Shown: piece after piece, positions 47,287 through 57,527 of the stretch | Layout: every line of letters starts with the position of its first letter | Numbering within the stretch: position 1 is the first letter of the stretch | Virus record (IMG/VR): IMGVR_UViG_3300006922_000015 | Reading direction: 5' to 3' (one strand) | Source: an uncultured virus (IMG/VR IMGVR_UViG_3300006922_000015) | Taxonomy: Duplodnaviria; Heunggongvirae; Uroviricota; Caudoviricetes | Length of the DNA stretch: 64,000 nt | Position numbers and translations under genes: made by a program | The notes under the pieces: generated by a model | The model's input: only the letters and a program-made list of their open reading frames with translations | Databases searched by the model: none | Told to the model about the DNA's origin: nothing

Positions 47287-50200
47287 ATGGCAAAGAAATT
47301 AATTACCTATTATACTTTTGATCCGAATACCAATACGATCAGAATAAAAGGCAATATTCCAAGTAAGCGTTTGCTTCTTGTAACGAATATTACCGATAAC
47401 GTCAACATCTACAATTTTGCTGATGCATTTCTAGGACTAGTTTCTAGGACATATGATGAAGTAACTGAAGAATCTGTTTTTGTATTGCGTTATGATTGTT
47501 CATCAATGTCCGCCGAGGACGAGTTACAAATCTTTTATGAGAAAGATTATGTAGCTATTGAACCATCAGAAACTTATGTTGATGCTGTCTCTAAATTTAG
47601 AGTTTCAAATCCAGAAAACCTGATTGATACCGACTTTGAGTATGGTCCTCAGGCTTCTAAGTGGGAAACCATTCAGACTATTAATAATATTCCTTCATTC
47701 TATGCGTCTACTGCTGATACTACAATCCCATTCATTACTAAGGTAGAAGCAACAGATGGTAGTGAGATTATCACAGTAACATGTGAATTTGAGCATGGTT
47801 TAGTAACTGGTGTTCCAATTACTGTAACTGGTCTTTCTTCACTATCTGCTGAAGGTTCATACCTAATTCAATCAGTTCCATCTAACGAAACATTTACATA
47901 TAAAGGTAGAGCTGCTCAATCTGAAACAAAAGAACTTCAAGGAACTTATACTTCTATTATTCCTGGTAAGTTTTTCCAAGGTGCTCAAGTAAATCTGGAT
48001 ACAACCAAAGGTATTACAGCTGATCTTTTCACCAAAAGAGTTTCAGTAAAAGCTACTACTCTTCTTACATCGACTACACCTTTTGACATTGATGTTGTAG
48101 TTGGTCAACCAGTTTCAGGTCAATCAACTGGTACTGCAGGAACTATTGCTAAAGTAGATGGTTCAACACTTACTGTTATTGCTGTTACTGGTGCTTATGA
48201 TGCTGAAGAAGTAATTACAATTACTGGTGCTGCAGTAGATTATACGCTAGAAACTGCTGCAAATAATGGTGTTGCTGCTGGTGGTAATAAGTATTTCTTA
48301 AATGATTATCTGGATCCAAATTTCTCTTTGAGCAGGAATGCTGTATATATCTTTGATCAATCTGATGCTAGCAATGCTACTCATCCAATTGCTTTCAACG
48401 ATCAGGCAGATGGTGCAGGAACTGCATTAACTCAGTATGTTTATAGTGTAGGAACTCCAGGAAGTGCAGGAGCATATACTAGAGTATTTATTACTACAAC
48501 TTCACCTTCATATAATACACTACACTACCATTGCACAAATCACAATGGAATGGGTGGCACCCTTGCATTAGAATTTGCATCAAATACTAAAGTTCTTCTT
48601 ACAACTAGGGCAGAACATGGATTTGCGGATAATACAAATTTCTACTTCGTAAATACGGTTTCACCAAAAATCCTTGAGATTCCGCTGATTGAAACAAATG
48701 CTCCAGATGGTAGACCCATTGCTGATGATGCAGACCAAGCTAATATTGCTAATGATGAGGATCCTACTCAAAGAGTTCCTTATAACTACGAATCAACTTA
48801 TACCAAGAGGTTCCCAGAATCTGATGTTAATTATGGAACTGACACTATTACCATGATCGGTCATGGTTTCCATAATAAAGCAGCAGTATTATACTATCCT
48901 AATCCTGGTGATTTACCAATAGGTGGTCTGTCCAGAATGCAGGTTTATTATATTGAAAGACTGTCAAATGACACCTTTAAATTAAATCATAGTCAGAGAA
49001 TGAATTACACCGTTAATCTTTCTACTGGCGGTAGTTTTGATCAGGGTGCTCATAATTTAGGACTTGTTTATAACATTCAAAGTGAATATATGCCAAACCA
49101 GAATTGGTATGTTTACTATCGTACTTTCTATCGTACCAACAGAAACACTTATTCTGGATATGATTTTGCTGTAAACAATGGAACCTATGGTTTAGGAGGA
49201 ACACCGTGGGATATTACTGCGTTCTTCTCAACAAGTAGATATGGAGCTGGCATTAGCTCAGGTCATCCTACCAGATATAGATATAAAGCACACTGGAATA
49301 ACTGGGGCACTAGATGGAAAACTTATGGAGATGAACTCCAATCTCTTCCTCTTGGTAATACACAATGGCAAGGAAACTATGATTTCTTGACTGATCATGA
49401 AAACCAAGGTGTTAATGGAGACAATAATGGTAACTATAGCTATGGTTATACCGTAGGTGGATATAGCGGAAGAAACGCTAAAACATACTGGACTGATAAC
49501 ATTTACATGCAGGATGAGAGTGATTACCAATTCCGTCTGCGCGGTAATAACTACTACTTCTGGTATAGACAAGCAGGTTACGATAGTTCTCCAACTACCG
49601 ATTTCCGTGGTATTAATTCTGATGGTAATACCAACGCATATATTGTTCTTCTTAAGAGAAATACATCTACTAATGATTCTTTCTACAAGGAAGACCATGG
49701 TTTCACCACAAATGATCCAGTTGTAATCACAACAACGGGTGCCGTTCATTACTATAATCAAGAAACTGGTAACAGTCAGAGAACTTCGTTCACTTCTGGT
49801 ACTTACTATGTTGAAAAAATTAGTAATGATAGATTTAGAATTAAGACATCAACTGGAGCGTCAGCACTAAGACTTGCTGGTGCTACTGGTGTAACTACAT
49901 TCACTGCTATTATTACAAACCCAACCAGAAACTCTTTCTATATTGCAGATAACCAATTCTCTTCTGGTGAACTTGTAAAATATGAAACTACAGGAACAGT
50001 AGTTAATCCTTTAGTTAGTGGCAATTCATATTATGTGTATCCTATTAATGCAAATAGATTTACATTGTCTTCAACTCAAGGTGGGTCAACTATTGACTTA
50101 ACTGATAATGGAGTAGGTAATCATACGTTTGAAAATACTACTGCTGCTTTTGGCGTAGTTGATGGTTCGTATACGACTACTAAAGCGGTTAGTGAGAATG

Positions 50201-52953
50201 AATTGGAAGTTACAATTCCATTCAAAATTCCACCTACATCAAAAGGATTTGATTCTTCTGCAAGTATTAATACTTCAGATGATAGTATCAATATTCCAAA
50301 TCACTTCTTCTCAACAGGAACTAGAGTTATCTATGATACTGTTGGAGGAACCGAGGTTACTGGATTAACCAACAATGTAGATTACTATGTAATTACTCTA
50401 GATCATAATTTCATTCAACTTGCTGCCACCGAAGCAGATGCGACTGCAGCATCACCTGTTGCTATTTCTCTTACTGGTGCCGGTGTTGGTAATCACAGAC
50501 TTGTTAGTAACAATCTTTCGGGTGAAGTAACTGGTGTTGGTGATATTGAGGTTGTATCTGGATCAAGAGCAATTGTTGGAACAGGAACTTCCTTCGAGAG
50601 ATTCTTCAAAATTGGTGATATTATTAGAATAGTAGATCCTACTACAACTCCAGGTGTAGTTAAAGAAGCAGTTATTACTGCTATTCAAGATGACTTGAAT
50701 CTTCTTGTTGAAGATGCAATTGATTTTACTGGTTCAAGTATTGTCTATCTGATTCCTTCTTACATATATGTACGTCCTGACGGTTTCTTCTTGCATAGAC
50801 CATTTGACGGCGGTATGGAAATTGGTACTTCTAAGTCACCCAACTCTAAAATTTCTAGACAGACTCGTAAGTACTTCCGTTATCAGTCAGGTAAAGGTAT
50901 TCAGACTTCATACGCGATCAACTTTATTCCGTTGATTCCTGTTCTGGATCTTTCATATACAACGAGAGGAACTACTCAAATAATTGCGACAACTGCAGCT
51001 CAAGATTCTGAAATTCTGACTGTTGCTGACACTTCCACCTTACTGAAAAACATGGGAATTTCGGGAACAGGTATTCCCGATGGAACTAGAATTATCGAAA
51101 TTCTTAATTCTACTACTTTTAGAATTACCTCAGATACAACTTCACCACTCTCAGCCGAATCTTTAACTTATAGTAGAATTATTGAAGGTGTTGTAACAAC
51201 ATCTAAACCACATAATTTAAGTGCTGATCTTGAAATTAAGATTATCAAATCTGATGATAGTGCTTGGAATATTTCAAGTCAAGTTACTGAAATCAGTAGT
51301 GATTACGACTTCAAGTATCTCCTGGATACAGAACCAGCTAGAAATAGTTCAGGTGGGTTCCCACAAGCACAAGTCCTTTCTTGGGATGGTTGCCACATTC
51401 GCGCAGGTATGTTTGATGATCAGAATGGTTTCTTCTATGAATTTGATGGAGCTACACTTAACTGTGTAAGAAGAAGTTCTGTTCTTCAACTTCCAGGAAC
51501 AGTTACGGTACAAAAAAATACCAATATCATCACTGGAACTAATACAAAATTCCTTTCCGAACTGGTTACAGGAGAGTATATTGTTGTTCGTGGTATGTCA
51601 TATAAAGTTGTTAAAGTTACTAACAACACTCAGATTACCATCCAACCTGCATATAGAGGTGTTGATGCCACTAACGTTATTTGTACCAAGACACTTGATA
51701 CAAGGGCAGGGCAGAGTGACTGGAATATTGATAAAGTAGATGGTTATGGTCCATCAGGATTTAACTTGGATATCACTAAGATCCAGATGTGCTACATGGA
51801 TTACTCCTGGTACGGTGCTGGTAAGATCCGTTTCGGATTTAAGGATCAGAACGGTCATGTTAAGTATGTCCATGAATTCAAGCATAACAACCGATTAACT
51901 GAATCTTACTTCCGTTCAGGTAACCTGCCTGCACGTTATGAGATCGAAAATACAAGTAATCCAAGTTATGTTGGAACTCTGTTCCACTGGGGTACTTCAG
52001 TTATCATGGATGGTATGTTCCAGAATGATGATGCGTATTTGTTTACTGCTTCAGGAAACGTCCAGAAGTTCACGAACGAATCTTCATCTAACATTAATAC
52101 TACCGCGAACTCTGCTATTACTTCGGAGAGATATCAAGGAAGTAACTACTACAGAACATATTTCTTAGTTCTTTACTTCCCTTCAGGAGATGCTGCAAAT
52201 CTTCCTGTTAACACTCTGATTTATAATAACAGCATTGCTACTGGTTACTTCATTGATGGTCGTGCTATTGATACAAGAACTAGAACATCTGGAAGCTTCC
52301 ATCAAGTTTATATTCAATATTTTGAAGGAACTCAATCAGTCTTCAACAGATACCATACTGATAATATCCAAAGAAATCTTTGCGGATCTAATGGATGTAT
52401 CGTTGTTCCTAATGGCACAACAATGTCAGTTGGTGCTCCAGATGGTGCTGATAACCCAATTCCACAGAATATTCCACTTATCTCAATTAGACTTGCTCCT
52501 TCAGTTGACTCTTCAATTACAGGTGCTCTTGGTGAAAGAGAAATCATTAACAGAATGCAACTTAAACTTGCTTCCGTTGGTATTCTCACCACACACGAAA
52601 CGGAGATTAGTTTGAAACTGAATGGTCAGTTAAGCACAGATGCTTATCAGGATGTTCAGGAACCTTCACTATGTCAGTTGGTGAAGCATGGTCCGAATGA
52701 AACAGTATCTGGTGGTTCTACAATTCTTTCATTCCGCGCCGCTGGTGCTGGTGTTGGAGAATCTACATCAACCGACTATGATCTAAGTGCTATCTCCGAC
52801 ATGGGTAACTCCATTCTAGGTGGTGATGGCACCTATCCTAACGGTCCTGATATTCTTACAGTCGTAGCGAATATCGTTGACTCTACCGGAGTTTCTACAG
52901 CGAACGCATTTGCTGTATCGGCAAGGGTTACCTGGCAAGAATCCCAGGCATGA
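47287..52953 (+). CDS. Large virion structural/tail-fibre-like protein (1888 aa)
   Basis: K.RVSNPE.LIDTDFEYG.Q..KWE, RQTRKYFRYQSGKG, YSWYGAG, LPARYE motifs; repeated H.F.TG..V.Y modules; cupredoxin-like insert. Confidence 0.82.
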   Translation: MAKKLITYYTFDPNTNTIRIKGNIPSKRLLLVTNITDNVNIYNFADAFLGLVSRTYDEVTEESVFVLRYDCSSMSAEDELQIFYEKDYVAIEPSETYVDAVSKFRVSNPENLIDTDFEYGPQASKWETIQTINNIPSFYASTADTTIPFITKVEATDGSEIITVTCEFEHGLVTGVPITVTGLSSLSAEGSYLIQSVPSNETFTYKGRAAQSETKELQGTYTSIIPGKFFQGAQVNLDTTKGITADLFTKRVSVKATTLLTSTTPFDIDVVVGQPVSGQSTGTAGTIAKVDGSTLTVIAVTGAYDAEEVITITGAAVDYTLETAANNGVAAGGNKYFLNDYLDPNFSLSRNAVYIFDQSDASNATHPIAFNDQADGAGTALTQYVYSVGTPGSAGAYTRVFITTTSPSYNTLHYHCTNHNGMGGTLALEFASNTKVLLTTRAEHGFADNTNFYFVNTVSPKILEIPLIETNAPDGRPIADDADQANIANDEDPTQRVPYNYESTYTKRFPESDVNYGTDTITMIGHGFHNKAAVLYYPNPGDLPIGGLSRMQVYYIERLSNDTFKLNHSQRMNYTVNLSTGGSFDQGAHNLGLVYNIQSEYMPNQNWYVYYRTFYRTNRNTYSGYDFAVNNGTYGLGGTPWDITAFFSTSRYGAGISSGHPTRYRYKAHWNNWGTRWKTYGDELQSLPLGNTQWQGNYDFLTDHENQGVNGDNNGNYSYGYTVGGYSGRNAKTYWTDNIYMQDESDYQFRLRGNNYYFWYRQAGYDSSPTTDFRGINSDGNTNAYIVLLKRNTSTNDSFYKEDHGFTTNDPVVITTTGAVHYYNQETGNSQRTSFTSGTYYVEKISNDRFRIKTSTGASALRLAGATGVTTFTAIITNPTRNSFYIADNQFSSGELVKYETTGTVVNPLVSGNSYYVYPINANRFTLSSTQGGSTIDLTDNGVGNHTFENTTAAFGVVDGSYTTTKAVSENELEVTIPFKIPPTSKGFDSSASINTSDDSINIPNHFFSTGTRVIYDTVGGTEVTGLTNNVDYYVITLDHNFIQLAATEADATAASPVAISLTGAGVGNHRLVSNNLSGEVTGVGDIEVVSGSRAIVGTGTSFERFFKIGDIIRIVDPTTTPGVVKEAVITAIQDDLNLLVEDAIDFTGSSIVYLIPSYIYVRPDGFFLHRPFDGGMEIGTSKSPNSKISRQTRKYFRYQSGKGIQTSYAINFIPLIPVLDLSYTTRGTTQIIATTAAQDSEILTVADTSTLLKNMGISGTGIPDGTRIIEILNSTTFRITSDTTSPLSAESLTYSRIIEGVVTTSKPHNLSADLEIKIIKSDDSAWNISSQVTEISSDYDFKYLLDTEPARNSSGGFPQAQVLSWDGCHIRAGMFDDQNGFFYEFDGATLNCVRRSSVLQLPGTVTVQKNTNIITGTNTKFLSELVTGEYIVVRGMSYKVVKVTNNTQITIQPAYRGVDATNVICTKTLDTRAGQSDWNIDKVDGYGPSGFNLDITKIQMCYMDYSWYGAGKIRFGFKDQNGHVKYVHEFKHNNRLTESYFRSGNLPARYEIENTSNPSYVGTLFHWGTSVIMDGMFQNDDAYLFTASGNVQKFTNESSSNINTTANSAITSERYQGSNYYRTYFLVLYFPSGDAANLPVNTLIYNNSIATGYFIDGRAIDTRTRTSGSFHQVYIQYFEGTQSVFNRYHTDNIQRNLCGSNGCIVVPNGTTMSVGAPDGADNPIPQNIPLISIRLAPSVDSSITGALGEREIINRMQLKLASVGILTTHETEISLKLNGQLSTDAYQDVQEPSLCQLVKHGPNETVSGGSTILSFRAAGAGVGESTSTDYDLSAISDMGNSILGGDGTYPNGPDILTVVANIVDSTGVSTANAFAVSARVTWQESQA

Positions 52954-52970
52954 TCCTGGTATAAAAAACC

Positions 52971-53001
52971 AAAAAAATGGGGGGCATATGCCCCCTTTTT
53001 T
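52971..53001. terminator. Bidirectional rho-independent terminator
   Basis: A7-T-GGGGGGC-ATAT-GCCCCC-T6 between convergent genes. Confidence 0.85.
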
Positions 53002-53776
53002 AATGTCCCATATGGGGAATTACTGCAGTAACTAAAGAGTATCGTAAAGGAGATTTTTTTGAATTGTATGTGATACTATGCCAAATATTACCCTTATACA
53101 TATTCATTGAATTATATTCAGAAGGAATTTGTAAATATCTTTCATAAAATGCATCACCTTTAAATTCTTGCCAATCTTCCCAGGTATCTTCATTAGAATA
53201 TATTTGATATCTTTCCCTCAAATCGTCTGCATCTTCTCTCGAAACATATTTTAAGTCAAATTCATTATGAATATATCTACCACTCTTAGTTTTTATTCTA
53301 AAAAAAGAAGTATAAGTATTTGGCACATCAGTTAAATAAACATTAGCAGCAACTCCAAATGAATCTGTATGTGGTAAAAAATTTTTTCCATATGCTAACA
53401 TTCCTGGATAACAGCAATTAGTAAAATTATCAAATTTACACTTAGTATACTTATAAAGTTTGTAGTCTTTACCAATATTAAATATGGATTTATTCCACGA
53501 AGAAAAATAAAAATCTTTAATATATTGCTGGAATCCTGGAGCAGAACTTGTGTTCTCAGTGAAACCACCATCAAAAATTGTTTTATTTCTGTCCTCTGCA
53601 GGAAATTTAGATAAAAATTCTGCCAATTGATCAGGTCTTTTTAGTATATTCGTTGCCCTAATATACTTAATATCACCTTCTTTGATAAGTTTAATTTCTA
53701 CTTCTTCATTAATTTCAGTTAGAAATGCTAATTCCTGTGATGTATATCTATTGAAACTATCTAGAGTTAAAGTCAT
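53000..53776 (-). CDS. DUF6445-like / 2OG-Fe(II) oxygenase-fold protein
   Basis: APG, LPHTD (HxD), AANVYL, TSFFR, YN.M.MYKG..WHS, RYSL. Confidence 0.65.
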   Translation of the reverse strand: MTLTLDSFNRYTSQELAFLTEINEEVEIKLIKEGDIKYIRATNILKRPDQLAEFLSKFPAEDRNKTIFDGGFTENTSSAPGFQQYIKDFYFSSWNKSIFNIGKDYKLYKYTKCKFDNFTNCCYPGMLAYGKNFLPHTDSFGVAANVYLTDVPNTYTSFFRIKTKSGRYIHNEFDLKYVSREDADDLRERYQIYSNEDTWEDWQEFKGDAFYERYLQIPSEYNSMNMYKGNIWHSITYNSKKSPLRYSLVTAVIPHMGH

Positions 53777-53781
53777 CAGAT

Positions 53782-54570
53782 TTAATTATATTTGGGTGCC
53801 ATGAAAGAAGTATTTAATGTATATCTTTCACCTTCACTAAAATTCCTAATATGAAAATAACTACTTTTAAATGCAATTAATCTATTTCGTTTTGATTCAA
53901 TATATTCGGTAGGTTCAAACCATTCGGATCCAGTAAATTCATTATATAATTCTAATCCGCCAAGTCCACTCCCAAAGTCTTTAAGTACTTCAAAAATTTG
54001 TTCTCTAGTCTCATCGTCTTCGATAGAAAAATCATCAAGACATGAATATTTTCTTCCTTCAAAAATAAAATCAAAGAATGTAATACCTAGTTTATTATCT
54101 TCAGTATCATCATCAAAACATAATGTACTAAAGAATTCTCCCCCTGCAGGAGAAGGAACATTACAACTTTTATCTACAACCATCTCTTCATAGAAAAGAA
54201 CTGCTTCGGTGGCAGAAAATGCTACGAGATTGTTGAGAATATTAGGACTAGTATTAGGATTGGGAATTAAATAATCTTTTTCACTGAGACATGTATAAAC
54301 ATCATTAATGTAATGAGGAACCCAGTCTTTAGTTACTGGTTGTGTGATACCAGGAGTTCCTACATATTCAGTTTCTTTTTCCCCATAATAAAAAATTTCA
54401 TTTATTTCATGACAATTAGTTGCAGGAATTTTAAGTAAAGTTTCCTCTATTTTATCTATGTTATAAGTATAATTATCTATAGTTATGCAGTTATCATACT
54501 CAGTAATTTCAAATGGTTTATTTGTTTGAAATAATTCTTGCCCAATGGTTAAAATTTTATCTTTTCTCAT
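53782..54570 (-). CDS. DUF6445-like paralog with degenerate metal site
   Basis: ITIDNY, TPG, GITFF, NRLIAF.S..FH, RYTL align with the neighbouring gene, but PHTD is replaced by PSPA. Confidence 0.55.
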   Translation of the reverse strand: MRKDKILTIGQELFQTNKPFEITEYDNCITIDNYTYNIDKIEETLLKIPATNCHEINEIFYYGEKETEYVGTPGITQPVTKDWVPHYINDVYTCLSEKDYLIPNPNTSPNILNNLVAFSATEAVLFYEEMVVDKSCNVPSPAGGEFFSTLCFDDDTEDNKLGITFFDFIFEGRKYSCLDDFSIEDDETREQIFEVLKDFGSGLGGLELYNEFTGSEWFEPTEYIESKRNRLIAFKSSYFHIRNFSEGERYTLNTSFMAPKYN

Positions 54571-54579
54571 TGAAATTCC

Positions 54580-55020
54580 TCAGTTCACAGTTTCATCTGA
54601 TGTATTTCCTTCCGCCTCATCTGCAAGATTTATTCTTGCTGATAGATTAGTCAGGGCATTATCTACTTCAACACTTACAGTATTCTCTTCTTGCCATTTT
54701 TGAATAATTTCCATATATTTTTCAGTAAGAAAATTTGATGGTTCGTAAATTACTCTAACAAAATCTTTATGAAAATTAAAAGTTCTAGATCTAGCTAGTG
54801 GACCCCAAATCGAGAATGCAATTGATGATGCACCTTCGGGAGATGTATTCTGACTGGATAGATTTTTATCAGCATTAACTACATTGTTGATCACATGCTC
54901 AACTGTAAATGGATTTGTTACGATATATCCCAATGACACATTTGTCTCGGGATCAATTGCTTCTCGAATATCACCAATAGCAGTATCTCCGGTCTCCAGA
55001 AGACAAAGTTGAATACTCAT
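54580..55020 (-). CDS. Sm-like/LSm-fold phage protein (putative)
   Basis: I.L.LL.TG...IGD..E...GY...NP...W.PL...V..I.EP...Y pattern of a common cyanophage family. Confidence 0.55.
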   Translation of the reverse strand: MSIQLCLLETGDTAIGDIREAIDPETNVSLGYIVTNPFTVEHVINNVVNADKNLSSQNTSPEGASSIAFSIWGPLARSRTFNFHKDFVRVIYEPSNFLTEKYMEIIQKWQEENTVSVEVDNALTNLSARINLADEAEGNTSDETVN

Positions 55021-55043
55021 TTTTTTTAAATAAACTATAGTAC

Positions 55044-55071
55044 ATTATAACACAGATTTCAGTCACTTCAA
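55044..55071 (-). promoter_or_regulatory. sigma70-type promoter (extended -10) for the minus-strand island
   Basis: Minus strand TTGAAG, 16 bp, TATAAT, with TG at the extended position (TGtTATAAT). Confidence 0.7.
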
Positions 55072-55115
55072 AGTAACTAAATAATATGTTGTTGTTTTAT
55101 TTAGTAATACTAAAA

Positions 55116-55529
55116 ATGAATTCTGTTACGGATATCCCTCTCTATGATGTAATTAGAGAGATTGAAGATAAGCATGGTGAAGATACCTATATGACGATTG
55201 AAGCAATGCTTGATGACGAAGACACTGAAGAATTTGAAAATACTGAACAAACAGAAATCCCTGTAGAGAAACTTTTATGGTGGTGTGAGTTTCAGGATCA
55301 AGTAAGAGTTTTTGATAATATTGCATCAGTAAAAGATTGGTTTTTAAATCAAGTTGAGAAAGATCCAAATTGGGAAGATTTGGGTGATAAATGTTTTTAT
55401 ACTATGGATGGCAAACTAATTCGTGATGAGCAAGGAAAAATTATTCATGATGATGATGAATTTGTGGCATATCAAAAAAGGAATCCTGATTGGAATTCCG
55501 AATGTGTAGACTGTAATCCCTTATCATAA
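55116..55529 (+). CDS. Acidic hypothetical protein
   Basis: ORF 55086..55529; likely start ATG 55116; C-terminal CVDC. Confidence 0.7.
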   Translation: MNSVTDIPLYDVIREIEDKHGEDTYMTIEAMLDDEDTEEFENTEQTEIPVEKLLWWCEFQDQVRVFDNIASVKDWFLNQVEKDPNWEDLGDKCFYTMDGKLIRDEQGKIIHDDDEFVAYQKRNPDWNSECVDCNPLS

Positions 55530-55545
55530 GGTAAGAATATACAAA

Positions 55546-55578
55546 TATAAATACCTTTAGGAAACTAGGGTATTTTTT
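55546..55578 (+). promoter_or_regulatory. Late promoter overlapping a GAAA-tetraloop terminator hairpin
   Basis: TATAAATA 55546-55553; ATACCTTTAG-GAAA-CTAGGGTAT then T-tract. Confidence 0.7.
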
Positions 55579-55582
55579 ATTC

Positions 55583-56377
55583 ATGGCAAGACCCTCGACA
55601 CGCCAGGAGCTAATTGATTATTGTCTGAGGAAATTAGGTTTCCCAGTATTAGAGATTAATGTAGATGATGATCAAGTTGAAGATCTCGTAGATGATGCAA
55701 TTCAGTTCTTTCAAGAGCGTCATTTTGATGGAAGCGTCAAAACATTTTTAAAACTAGAAGTAACCGATCAGATGATTACCGACGCGAAAGTGAACGGTGC
55801 AATTGCTGGTTCGGATTTTAAGGAGCAAAATAATTTTATAACTGTACCAAACCATGTTCTGGGAATAACCAACATATATGCTTATGACAATAGTTCATCA
55901 GCAGTATCAGGAAATATCTTCAGTATGAAGTATCAGTTATTTTTGAATGATTTCTATAACTTTGGTTCTATGGAAATCTTGAATTATTATATGGTAAAGC
56001 AATATCTGGAAACACTTGATTTTGTGATCGGTAACTTCAAACCGATTAGATTTAATAAGAGAGAAAATAAACTATATCTCGATACTGATTGGGATCAGTT
56101 GAATGGCGGTGATATGATTTTGATTGAATGCTATAGGATGATAGATCCAGAAACTGCTACTGAAGTATATAATGATGTATGGATGAAGCGTTATCTTACT
56201 GCTCTTATTAAAAGACAGTGGGGTCAAAACCTTATCAAATTTAAAAATGTCCAACTGCCTGGTGGAACAACTCTAAACGGTAGAGAGTTCTATGAAGATG
56301 CACAGCAAGAAATTGATACAATTCTTGGTGAATTTAGGTTAGCAGCAGAAGAACCACCACTAGACATGATCGGATAA
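55583..56377 (+). CDS. g13: Neck protein gp13
   Basis: R.ELIDYCLR.LG.PVLEINVDDDQ, KRQWGQNLIKF..VQLPGG.TLNG. Confidence 0.95.
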   Translation: MARPSTRQELIDYCLRKLGFPVLEINVDDDQVEDLVDDAIQFFQERHFDGSVKTFLKLEVTDQMITDAKVNGAIAGSDFKEQNNFITVPNHVLGITNIYAYDNSSSAVSGNIFSMKYQLFLNDFYNFGSMEILNYYMVKQYLETLDFVIGNFKPIRFNKRENKLYLDTDWDQLNGGDMILIECYRMIDPETATEVYNDVWMKRYLTALIKRQWGQNLIKFKNVQLPGGTTLNGREFYEDAQQEIDTILGEFRLAAEEPPLDMIG

Positions 56378-56378
56378 A

Positions 56379-57527
56379 ATGACTAGAAATTTATATTTTA
56401 CACAAGGAACTACAGGTGAACAGAACCTAGTACAGGATCTGGTTGACGAGCAGATCAAAATGTATGGTCTGGAATGTTATTACATTCCTCGTCAGATCTA
56501 CGAAGATAAGTTGTGGAATGATATCTACTATTCTCAGTTTAAAGATAGTTATCTCATTGAGATGTATCTAGAAAACTTTCAGAATTTTGGTGGCAATGGT
56601 GACATGCTATCAAAGTTTGGTCTTCGAGTAACTGATGAAGTAACACTTACACTTTCCAGAAGAAGGTGGCAAGATTTTGTAGATGTCTCTACAAATAAAA
56701 TTGTATCTGGAAGACCTAATGACGGAGATCTTGTATGGTTTCCTTTGAATGAAACTGTATTTGAAATCAAGTATGTAGAAAACCAAAAACCTTTCTACCA
56801 ATTAGGAAGTCTATATACATATACGTTGACGTGTGAAGTCTTTGAATATGGCGATAGTATCTTTGATACTGGCGTTACTTCTATTGATAACACTGAAATG
56901 GAATCTGGAGTATTCCCAATTCTATTGAACCTCAACGGAAGTGGATACTTTACTGAAGATGAAAAAGTTTCTGGAACTAGATTTGATGCTGCTGCAACCG
57001 CAGTCGCTGATTCATCTGGAGTTCTTGGTGCGATTACTATCACATCAGGTGGTGAAAAATACGAAACTGCTCCAAATGCATTTTGGTATTCCCCCACTGG
57101 AACATTCATTACTTCATCTACAACTGCGATCACCAATGGTGTAGTCAGTGCCGTTAATGCTCCTTCAGGATCATACATATATGGAGATGTTGTTTATGAT
57201 GCCAACGATCAAATTGAAAGTATCACCGGATGGAATCCAACTATTATAATTGATGCATCACCAGCAAATATTGTTGGTAAAGTAGCCGAATATGATCCTA
57301 GTACTAGGACATTGAAAGTTGCTTATATGAATGGCAATTTTGATTTAAATGAAGAAATTGTTGGTGCGGATTCAAATGCACGATGGACCGTAGGTTCATT
57401 TGATACTCTCGATATGACTGATAGTTTCTCTGAAAATAGAGAACTTGAAACAGAAGCGGATGACATTCTTGATTTCACAGAAGTAAATCCGTTTGGCGAA
57501 TTTGGCAATTTTACTGGTAGCTTTTAA
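56379..57527 (+). CDS. g14: Neck protein gp14
   Basis: EQNLVQDL..EQIKMYG...YYIPR, LSKFGL, RP..GDL..FP, FEIKYVE...PFYQLG, ILDFTE.NPFG. Confidence 0.95.
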   Translation: MTRNLYFTQGTTGEQNLVQDLVDEQIKMYGLECYYIPRQIYEDKLWNDIYYSQFKDSYLIEMYLENFQNFGGNGDMLSKFGLRVTDEVTLTLSRRRWQDFVDVSTNKIVSGRPNDGDLVWFPLNETVFEIKYVENQKPFYQLGSLYTYTLTCEVFEYGDSIFDTGVTSIDNTEMESGVFPILLNLNGSGYFTEDEKVSGTRFDAAATAVADSSGVLGAITITSGGEKYETAPNAFWYSPTGTFITSSTTAITNGVVSAVNAPSGSYIYGDVVYDANDQIESITGWNPTIIIDASPANIVGKVAEYDPSTRTLKVAYMNGNFDLNEEIVGADSNARWTVGSFDTLDMTDSFSENRELETEADDILDFTEVNPFGEFGNFTGSF

